Virus record (IMG/VR): IMGVR_UViG_3300014208_000024 | Location: 32,001 to 96,000 of that record | Source: a virus | Lineage: Duplodnaviria; Caudoviricetes | Strand: one strand, 5' to 3' | DNA: 64,000 nucleotides | Shown: piece by piece, positions 56,127 through 64,000 of the stretch | Layout of the letters: each line of letters opens with the position of its first letter | Position numbering within the stretch: the first letter of the stretch is position 1 | Translations under genes and position numbers: made by a program | Notes under the pieces: generated by a model | Database searches by the model: none | What the model was told of the DNA's origin: nothing | Seen by the model: only the letters and a program-made list of their open reading frames with translations

Positions 56127-57512
56127 TTAAATTTTTGATATCAAATATGTTGCCTCTTCGTAATTCTTTACAAAATATCCAGAATTTTCTTTAAATTCTG
56201 TTATTTTAAATAAATTGCATATTATGAGAAAATCTTTTATTTCTTTATCATTTATTTCGGTTAATTTATTATCTATTGTTTTTTTAAATTCTGAATAAAC
56301 AGGAATTTCATCGCCAGTTTTATTTATTCCAGAATTATATAAAATATCTAACAGTTTTAAATATAAGCTTTGTTTTTTTAATACATCTTCATCAATTTTT
56401 TCTATTTTATTATTAGAAGTTGTTGCCGTAAATATTCCATCAGCAACCGTATCTTGTTTTATATTAAAAATTGCGTTTTTTTCTGGTATTTCAACGATTG
56501 TTTCATTATTTTTTTCTTCTTCTACAACGACCTCTTTTGTAGAAACAATTTCTTCCACTTTTGTATCAACAACGTTTTCTTCTGTGGATATATTTTCTTC
56601 TTTTGTTTCACTTTTTTGTTCTTCTAATTTAAAATTTCCATGTTCATCAGATATATACTGCACTTTCTTTTTGAACGCCTCTTTTTTTTCTTCAATTTCT
56701 TTTAATTTTTTTTCTTCTTTTACTAATTTAACCATACCACTTGTAGCAACAATAAGTGCAATTGACAAAGGATCAAACACTATAATCAAAAGTAAAGTTA
56801 ACCAATTTACAACCGTATCCATACTAGCTCCAGTTAACTTTGAAATATATTTAAGGGGGCCAACCTCTGCTGCAACATCGCTATTTCCAATTCCTAATTT
56901 AGAAGTCTCATATTTAGCAATAGAATCATTCAAATTTTCTATTTTAGTACTTATGTTATTAACATCTATATTAAGTTTTGAAATATTTTCATCCGCTTGA
57001 CTTATTATTGTTTCTGTTTTCTTGGCAGCATTTGTCCAACCTCTTTCATATAAAGAATCAAGCCTGGCTTCTTGTCCTTTTCTAAGGTTTGTTAAAGAAA
57101 CAATTCTTTCATTTTTTGTAGTTATTTGTTCATCAAGTCTTTCCTTTTCTTCTTTCTTGATTTCTATTCTTTTGTCTAACAATTCTACGTTTCCTCCCAT
57201 TTTTTCCAAGTCTATTGAAACTTTTGAATAAGCATTAGATAAAAAACCATAAATACCCATACTTGTTATAATCATCAAAACTATAATTCCGAACAACAAA
57301 TATGCTTTTAGACCTTTTGATATTTTTTTCCAATACTGGTGAAGAAATGAGACAGTCACCACTTTTGCAAACTCTAATGTTGCTGCCATTACAATAACAG
57401 ATATTGTAGCTCCAACAAAAAGCTTTGATAATCCAAACACAGAAAAATAAGCTGCTGTAATTGCAAGCAAAGCAGCTGTAAATGCTAAAATTATTGCATA
57501 AAATTTTTTCAT
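56127..57512 (-). CDS. Membrane-anchored coiled-coil protein
   Basis: Three N-terminal TM helices, coiled coil, IVFDPLSIAL helix. Confidence 0.8.
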   Translation of the reverse strand: MKKFYAIILAFTAALLAITAAYFSVFGLSKLFVGATISVIVMAATLEFAKVVTVSFLHQYWKKISKGLKAYLLFGIIVLMIITSMGIYGFLSNAYSKVSIDLEKMGGNVELLDKRIEIKKEEKERLDEQITTKNERIVSLTNLRKGQEARLDSLYERGWTNAAKKTETIISQADENISKLNIDVNNISTKIENLNDSIAKYETSKLGIGNSDVAAEVGPLKYISKLTGASMDTVVNWLTLLLIIVFDPLSIALIVATSGMVKLVKEEKKLKEIEEKKEAFKKKVQYISDEHGNFKLEEQKSETKEENISTEENVVDTKVEEIVSTKEVVVEEEKNNETIVEIPEKNAIFNIKQDTVADGIFTATTSNNKIEKIDEDVLKKQSLYLKLLDILYNSGINKTGDEIPVYSEFKKTIDNKLTEINDKEIKDFLIICNLFKITEFKENSGYFVKNYEEATYLISKI

Positions 57513-57560
57513 AAATACAAAATTAAGAAAAAACTATTATATTATAAAACAAATAGTTAA

Positions 57561-58145
57561 TTATTTTTCTCCTGGTTTAAGATCGGTGTGGGTATTTGTG
57601 CCTATTTTATATTTTATTTTAAAGTCATTGATTAACTTTTTTAAATAAATAGAGTCCCTGGCTTGGGTTTTTTCATTTGGCTTAAGATTTTCTAAATGTT
57701 TATATGTCCACTTATTTGGCTTTAATCTTCCTTTTTTATCTCTAACATAATATGGTTTTTCATTGTAAAACCAAGGTCCTTGTTTATAACTCAAATCATG
57801 TTCCTCTTTGTCTTCAATCTTTTCGTGTTCTATTTCATCACTGTATAAATGTGCATGTGGTTTACCATCATCTTCACCTTCTGTTAAATCTTTTGCTTCA
57901 TATGGCCTAAGCTCTTTAAACTCTTGTTTGTCAACCCAAACAAACAAAGGATGTTGTTCTCCATAAGAATATGCAACATACATTTTATCTAAATCTCCAA
58001 TATTTTCTCCATAAGTATGAGAACCAAGAAAATTTTCTTTTTTATTAACAAATTCATCTGCCTCTGGATTCGAAATTCTTTCTTCATCAAATTTTTGATT
58101 TATCGATTCACGTATCAACAAACGTATTTTATTTTCTATTTTCAT
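57561..58145 (-). CDS. Probable virion protein
   Basis: IRLLIRESI motif. Confidence 0.65.
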   Translation of the reverse strand: MKIENKIRLLIRESINQKFDEERISNPEADEFVNKKENFLGSHTYGENIGDLDKMYVAYSYGEQHPLFVWVDKQEFKELRPYEAKDLTEGEDDGKPHAHLYSDEIEHEKIEDKEEHDLSYKQGPWFYNEKPYYVRDKKGRLKPNKWTYKHLENLKPNEKTQARDSIYLKKLINDFKIKYKIGTNTHTDLKPGEK

Positions 58146-58252
58146 AATAATTTTCAGTTTATAAATATAAATATTAAAAAAATATTACTTTCATAGATTT
58201 TTAAAACAAAAAAGCCCCACAAATGCAGGGCTTTTTATTTATTTACAACGAT

Positions 58253-59080
58253 TTAGAAAGGTAAATCATCGGGAGAACCCATGTTGTTTATAAATTGTTC
58301 ATCAGACATATAGTTTCCAACTTGCTGTTGTGCTTGCTGAGCAGGTTGTTGAACAGGTTGCTGAACAGGTTGCTGAACAGGTTGCCGAACAGGTTGCCGA
58401 ACAGGTCTTTGCTGGATTGGTTTTTGATTATAAGTAGATGTTGGTTGAACAGGTTGCTGAACTGGTTGTTGGTAAACTGGTTGCTGATAAACTGGTTGTT
58501 GTTGAACAGGTTGTTGATAAACTGGTTGTTGATAAACTGGTTGTTGTTGAACAGGTTGTTGAACAGGTTGTTGAACAGGTTGTTGAACTGGTTGTTGAAC
58601 TGGTTGTTGAACTGGTTGCTGATAAACTGGCTGTTGAACAGGTTGCTGAACTGGCTGCTGATAAACAGGCTGTTGATAAACAGGTTGATTCTGAACAGGT
58701 GGTTGATAATTAGGATGTTGTCCGTTTTGTTCTTCTGCTTTTTTTCCGCCTGGCAAAAAGTGAATTTCATTCGTTACAATTTTTGTTCTGTAAACTTTTT
58801 TTCCAGCAACATCTTTATCATCATAAGATTCTGTTTTAATCTTTCCTTTGATAATAAGATGAGTTCCTTTTCTCACATAGTTAGCTATTGTATCAGAAAC
58901 TAAGTTCCAAGCTTCAATACTGTGCCACTCTGTTACTTCTTTTTTAACACCTGTTTTATCGGTGTAGTTTTCATTTGTCGCTAAACGAAATGTGCTTACT
59001 CTTGCATTTTCGTTAAAAATCTTGGTTTCTGGATCAGAACCCACTGTACCAAGTAACAATACTTCATTAATTCCATTCAT
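58253..59080 (-). CDS. ssb: Single-stranded DNA-binding protein with long QQPV(Y) repeat linker
   Basis: NEVLLLG.VG.DPE...TEWH...KG; C-terminal DDLPF. Confidence 0.93.
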   Translation of the reverse strand: MNGINEVLLLGTVGSDPETKIFNENARVSTFRLATNENYTDKTGVKKEVTEWHSIEAWNLVSDTIANYVRKGTHLIIKGKIKTESYDDKDVAGKKVYRTKIVTNEIHFLPGGKKAEEQNGQHPNYQPPVQNQPVYQQPVYQQPVQQPVQQPVYQQPVQQPVQQPVQQPVQQPVQQPVQQQPVYQQPVYQQPVQQQPVYQQPVYQQPVQQPVQPTSTYNQKPIQQRPVRQPVRQPVQQPVQQPVQQPAQQAQQQVGNYMSDEQFINNMGSPDDLPF

Positions 59081-59230
59081 AAAAAAATGTTTTTTATTAT
59101 TAATAATTAAAATTCTGAGCAAATATATAACCTTTTAACGAGAAAACAAAATTTTATTACCTTTTTTTTATTTATCTTTAAAAATAACTTTTTTATATTT
59201 TCTAAATATTTATATTAAAAGTGTTTCAAT

Positions 59231-61876
59231 ATGGAAAAAAAAGAAAAATTGACAAAGGAAATAGACAAAATATTGTTTTTAGCTGGCGTAAATAATATTA
59301 TAAGTGAATCAAAACACAATGACGTTATGGTTGCTGATAATGATGACATAGAAGTTGTGGATAAAGAAAAAAAACAATCTGTTGAATCAGATTCTGAAAA
59401 ATTATCTCATAGTTTTGATGATTACTTAAAAACCAAAGAGGAAGATTATTTAAATTTTCCCATGAAATATGCTATGGTTTCTGGAAATGCGGATCAATAT
59501 ATAGAAGATGTTTCTTATTTATTTATGGCACTTAAAAAACAGAACAAAACTTTTGAATATATTATAAATACAATATCGCCAGATAAAGTCAACCACATAC
59601 CAGATTTGAGAAAACTCAATCTTTCTACATCTGAATTTATAAAACTATTGGAAAACAATTTTAAAAAATCCCCACAAGGAGAATTGGATAAGATTTTTAA
59701 ATTAAACGTTGGCGATGAATTAAAACAATATCAAGACACAGAGCTTAAACAAAAAGTGTTGGCACAACACGGAGTTGAAAATGATGCAATTTATGAGAAG
59801 AAAATTGAAGAGATTAAAAGAGATTTCGCAACAGTAAGGGGAGATGAAAAAGCTATTATATCTTATAAATTCTCTTCGCCGTTAAACAATTTCAAACTAT
59901 CTCCACTTGGATTTTGGCAAATCCAATTTTTATCCAGGATAATCTCTGGAAAACCAAAAGATAAAATAGAAGCAGTAATTTTTGACAACAAATCTTACTA
60001 TACATTTTACAATAAAGCATATAGTATATTAAGAAACTTTTATTGGGCTGTTATTTTTCCATCAGCTGCTATATTAACTGGAAGACAATTTAATATAAAC
60101 CCAAACGATCACGAATTTCTAATAATGTTGGAAGTTGCACTTGATAAAGTTTTAGATAAAGTGAAAACCAGTTACGATGTAAAAGCTCAAAATTTTGGCG
60201 CCTGGGCTTTAACTGTTGCAAGAAATGCAATAATCGATCAAATCAAAAAAATGACAGATTATAATTTTCAATCAAATCATTCAACATTAGAAGCACTAAA
60301 CATGTCAAATGTAAGTTCTATATATTTTACAAAAGATATGAGCGACAGAATTCCTCAAGAGGATTTAAAAAAACAAGAAGTTGTAAAAGAAGGAGAATTA
60401 TATTTATATGAATTTAATTCACCAATTGATCTTTTTAATTTCCTACGTGATAATGAAAAAAATCAAACTGTTTTAAAATCAATTGCAAAACAAAGTAAAA
60501 GATTTTTAAATGGTATAGGTGCTTTACATTCAACAAAAAAATTTGCAGATGTATGGCCAGAAGATAAAGGCGAAGAAAGTTACGATATATATGCAAAGAA
60601 AGCAGAAGGATCAGAAAGAGATAGGATGTTTTCAGAATTATTTGATTTTTATAAAGGAATATCAAAATTTTCATTTTCAAAAGACGGATTAGAGGAAACA
60701 GAAGAATATAAATCTATAAAAGGAACAGAAGATGATGGAAGTATGTATGAAATATATTCAGACGAAGAACTTCAAGAGGCATTTGAAAGAGATATGGGAA
60801 AAGCTATTTATTATTACCAAGCAGAATTTGCAAAATCTTTTCCTTTTTTAAGTCAAAAAATTCCACAAGAAGCTATAGATAATTTTACTAAAAAATACAT
60901 TGACGTTCTACCAGAAACAACAGATGTTGAAATATCTAAAAAAAATGAAGCAAAAAAAGAACTTGAATCTTTAAAAACAAAAAACCGTGGAGATTTAGTA
61001 ACATATGCTATGTTTTTTAAAGATAAAAATATCAACAAAGGAGTTGTTGATGTTTTAGAGCCATATGTAAATTACAAATACAAAGAAGCAAGAGACCTTG
61101 AAAAAGGTGTTCCTGGTGCCATAAAATCCGAATTTACAAAATCTCAACAAGATTTAAAAACAAAAATGGAAAAAGATGCAGAAGCAAAAAATATGTATCC
61201 AAAACCAATTTATACTTTTAAAGGAAAGGATTCTGAGGTTTGGCAACAAATAGGAGTTGCTGTTTCCGCATTTAACATTCATGGTGTAGAAAAAGAGAAA
61301 AAGAAAAAGCAAATGACATATTCTCAAAGTAGAGTAGATCAATTAAAAGAAGATTTTGTTAATTATATTTCAGATTTTTATTTTAACATAAAACTATATG
61401 AGCGTACAGCAAAAGAAAAAACAAATAAACAAGTTTTTAAATTAAAAAACATTGAAAAAATTCCATTCTCAGTAAGAAAAGCTTTAATAGAAACACAACA
61501 GGGAAAAATGAATTCAGAAATGATTACTAAATTCCTTACAATAAAAAACCCTGGTGAAGATGTAATAAATTATTTAAATTATCCTGGAGGAAAAGACGAA
61601 AAGGGGAAAGAATTAAAACCAACTATAAAAGTTGACTATATTTTAAATAAATCAAAATATTTAAAAGATGAAATAGCAAAAGCTTATGATGTAGACAGAA
61701 AGGTTCAAGAATTACTATCAAAAAGAAGACCGCAAGAATTAAGAAGATTGTCTAGAATATTTTCTGGAATATCTGGAATAAATATTCAATTTGAAAACAA
61801 AGAAGTCCAATTAGACAAAATTGATGCATATTTATTGGAAATTAAACAAAACTTTATAACAAAAACCTTAATATAA
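59231..61876 (+). CDS. Large hypothetical protein with sigma region 2-like segment
   Basis: FGAWALTVARNAIIDQIKK. Confidence 0.55.
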   Translation: MEKKEKLTKEIDKILFLAGVNNIISESKHNDVMVADNDDIEVVDKEKKQSVESDSEKLSHSFDDYLKTKEEDYLNFPMKYAMVSGNADQYIEDVSYLFMALKKQNKTFEYIINTISPDKVNHIPDLRKLNLSTSEFIKLLENNFKKSPQGELDKIFKLNVGDELKQYQDTELKQKVLAQHGVENDAIYEKKIEEIKRDFATVRGDEKAIISYKFSSPLNNFKLSPLGFWQIQFLSRIISGKPKDKIEAVIFDNKSYYTFYNKAYSILRNFYWAVIFPSAAILTGRQFNINPNDHEFLIMLEVALDKVLDKVKTSYDVKAQNFGAWALTVARNAIIDQIKKMTDYNFQSNHSTLEALNMSNVSSIYFTKDMSDRIPQEDLKKQEVVKEGELYLYEFNSPIDLFNFLRDNEKNQTVLKSIAKQSKRFLNGIGALHSTKKFADVWPEDKGEESYDIYAKKAEGSERDRMFSELFDFYKGISKFSFSKDGLEETEEYKSIKGTEDDGSMYEIYSDEELQEAFERDMGKAIYYYQAEFAKSFPFLSQKIPQEAIDNFTKKYIDVLPETTDVEISKKNEAKKELESLKTKNRGDLVTYAMFFKDKNINKGVVDVLEPYVNYKYKEARDLEKGVPGAIKSEFTKSQQDLKTKMEKDAEAKNMYPKPIYTFKGKDSEVWQQIGVAVSAFNIHGVEKEKKKKQMTYSQSRVDQLKEDFVNYISDFYFNIKLYERTAKEKTNKQVFKLKNIEKIPFSVRKALIETQQGKMNSEMITKFLTIKNPGEDVINYLNYPGGKDEKGKELKPTIKVDYILNKSKYLKDEIAKAYDVDRKVQELLSKRRPQELRRLSRIFSGISGINIQFENKEVQLDKIDAYLLEIKQNFITKTLI

Positions 61877-61880
61877 TTTT

Positions 61881-63749
61881 ATGGAACAAATTAGAAAAAT
61901 AATAAGAAAAACTTTACTTGAAAGCTATCTTTCTTCTTTAAACGAAAATCTACAAAAAGTTACTCCAGATGAAAACGATTCGTGGGGTAAGAAAACTAGA
62001 ATAGAAGGAGAAAATTGGGCTAAGTCTATGATGGAAAAAGGATCTGGTTCCACGATAACCATTAAACAAGATTTGGGAAAAAAACTAAAAACAATTGCTT
62101 ATGCAATAGAACTACTTCTTGATGCATATAAACAAGGTAGCGGAGATTATGTTTTACCAACCATCAACGAAACAATTCAAATAAACAAAATAAATATTAT
62201 AGATTCTATTACAAATGCATTTCAAGGTGTAACAGATGATGTTCTTAGAATTTTTTTAGCTGATATGGGATTAAAATATAAAGATTATGTTTGGAATGAT
62301 ATAGAAATTGAAGATGTTAGAAGAAGACCTTTTTCTGGATTTTTGAAAGATTTTGGAGCAAAATCAAGATATGCTTCATATAAAGGAATGGAATTGCCAG
62401 ATGAAGAAATAAAACAACTTTCTATTCCAAAAATGGAATATCTTATAGAAAAATATGTTAGAGATGAAATGGATAAACCAGATAGTTTCTTCTTTTCTTT
62501 TTTAGGCTTAAGGGTTAATGATGCAATTAAAAGAATTTTGTCAAATACGTCCTCTACTGAAAAAATTGATAAAGAATTAGGAAAATATGGTTTAACAAGA
62601 AATGTAAAAAAGAAAAAAGGAGATATTGGACAAGAACCAAAAACTGTTTCCTATGATAAGCCATTTGGAGATAAAGGTCAAACATTCGCAAGTACATATC
62701 AAGCTGGAACAGAAGAACAGCCAGAATTTGAACTTCCATCAGCAAGAGAAAAATCCGAAGAAGAAAAAATGGCTTCTTTAGATTTTGCAAATAAAAAAGT
62801 TTATGAACTAATAAAGTCTAAAAATCCAGTAAGAGGAGAACTTTTTATGTTAAGAGTCGTTGGGGAAAATGCCACTGATGAATTTGCTGGGACAACGAAA
62901 AACAACAAAGAAATAGCACAAATGTTTATTGATGGGAAATTATCTGAAGAAACTACAAAATTTATTAAGGATTATTTAATGGATAAAATTCAAAAACAAC
63001 AAATTTCACAAGAATATACTCCAGAAATAGCACAACAAAACAGAAGTATTATACTTGATAAAATTAAATATACATTTAATGATATTAAAAAATCTTTGTT
63101 AACTAATTTTGCAAATCCAATTACTGAAATATTATCTCAATCTTTATCTATTCCAATAGAGGAAGCAAAAATTAGACTTTCAAGTTATGCTGCAAGAATA
63201 ATGGGAGAAAAAAGTGGTGAAAAAGGCCAAATTTCAAACAAATTGAAAGAACAAAAAAGAGCTGCAAGGAAATTAAAGGCTACAATAACTTTTCTTATTA
63301 GAAAAAAACAAAAAATACAGGATTATAAAAAAGCAACAAAATTAATTAATCCAGAAACTTTTAGACAATTCTTCGCAGGAGATACTTATTACGAAAAACT
63401 TCAAAATACACATAGTGGTTTTACAGAAAATTTAATGGATTACATAACTGACAAAAAAAACATACAAGATGCAGCTCAACAACTTGCTTATTTTAATGAC
63501 CAATTAAAAGATTTAGGAGACCCAGATGCGCTTGAATTTGCTAATTTTTCTGGAGGTTATGATGAAGAAAAATATGGAAAAGAAGATTTATATGAAGGAA
63601 TAATGTTAGAGGAAACGGATGATGATAATTTTAAATTTAACACATACGAGTTAAAAAAATTAGCAAATGATCTTTTTTTTGAATCTCAAATCCATGAAGC
63701 TAGGAAGATTATAAGAAACACCTTGATTTCAGAATATCTTAAAAAATAG
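61881..63749 (+). CDS. Large probable virion protein with sigma-like segments
   Basis: IRKIIRKTLLE at both termini; TVSYDKPFGDKGQTF; NNKEIAQMF. Confidence 0.55.
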   Translation: MEQIRKIIRKTLLESYLSSLNENLQKVTPDENDSWGKKTRIEGENWAKSMMEKGSGSTITIKQDLGKKLKTIAYAIELLLDAYKQGSGDYVLPTINETIQINKINIIDSITNAFQGVTDDVLRIFLADMGLKYKDYVWNDIEIEDVRRRPFSGFLKDFGAKSRYASYKGMELPDEEIKQLSIPKMEYLIEKYVRDEMDKPDSFFFSFLGLRVNDAIKRILSNTSSTEKIDKELGKYGLTRNVKKKKGDIGQEPKTVSYDKPFGDKGQTFASTYQAGTEEQPEFELPSAREKSEEEKMASLDFANKKVYELIKSKNPVRGELFMLRVVGENATDEFAGTTKNNKEIAQMFIDGKLSEETTKFIKDYLMDKIQKQQISQEYTPEIAQQNRSIILDKIKYTFNDIKKSLLTNFANPITEILSQSLSIPIEEAKIRLSSYAARIMGEKSGEKGQISNKLKEQKRAARKLKATITFLIRKKQKIQDYKKATKLINPETFRQFFAGDTYYEKLQNTHSGFTENLMDYITDKKNIQDAAQQLAYFNDQLKDLGDPDALEFANFSGGYDEEKYGKEDLYEGIMLEETDDDNFKFNTYELKKLANDLFFESQIHEARKIIRNTLISEYLKK

Positions 63750-63794
63750 AAACTTTTTGTAAAATATTTCGTATAGTATAAAAAACACAATATT

Positions 63795-63977
63795 ATGGCA
63801 GATTTATTTGACAACAAAAATTTACAAAAGGGTTATTTAGACAACATTAATGACGTTGTTTTCTTATTAAAAAGAGGATATTCTCCAAATCGTTTATTGG
63901 TATTCTATAAAGTGTCTGATAACATCTTAACTTATCTACTTGCTTTAATGGCTACGTCTCCACTAAGAAGTAATTAA
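63795..63977 (+). CDS. Small hypothetical protein
   Basis: ORF after class I-like promoter on + strand. Confidence 0.4.
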   Translation: MADLFDNKNLQKGYLDNINDVVFLLKRGYSPNRLLVFYKVSDNILTYLLALMATSPLRSN

Positions 63978-64000
63978 TAAAAAACCCCCATGTTAAAGTG

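Noticed and set aside
58295-58903. ORF-track ORFs 58288..58770, 58295..58903 and 58438..58713
   Set aside because: Shadow frames of the SSB QQPV repeat

Overview
AT-rich segment of a jumbo (giant) bacteriophage genome, most likely infecting Bacteroidota (TAnnTTTG-type promoters, no Shine-Dalgarno motifs). It contains about 33 conventional tRNA genes in three minus-strand operons plus a fourth cluster of aberrant tRNA-like RNAs, about 14 free-standing homing-type endonucleases, translation, RNA-repair and NAD-related genes (RF1-type release factor, Pth2-like hydrolase, Ro60/TROVE, RidA, Sir2, 2H phosphodiesterase, ART-fold protein), restriction-modification-like genes, ClpB/C, SSB, probable virion proteins and several large ncRNAs (SRP RNA, GOLLD-like, 6S-like). 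The strongest unexplained signal: each of the three tRNA operons is preceded by a short unannotated leader ORF whose codons match the amino acids, and often the exact codons, of the tRNAs downstream (Thr/His/Asn; Gly/Ala/Pro/Tyr/Met/Asp/Cys; Ser/Arg/Trp). Each leader overlaps an antiterminator that can pair with the following intrinsic terminator, which suggests ribosome-mediated attenuation switching on phage tRNA supply when those tRNAs are depleted. Two further systems stand out. First, a family of ten Y-RNA-like elements shares a covarying terminal stem (GUGGYAA...AGUUACUUCG) and carries permuted or intact tRNA cargo, alongside a Ro60 gene. Second, two translation-factor genes are gated by UAG (RF1-like gene with a CUU-UAG-C +1 frameshift site; Pth2-like gene starting AUG-UUA-UAG), and two amber-anticodon tRNA-like genes lie next to the Pth2-like gene. 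All calls were made by eye; no searches or folding programs were run.
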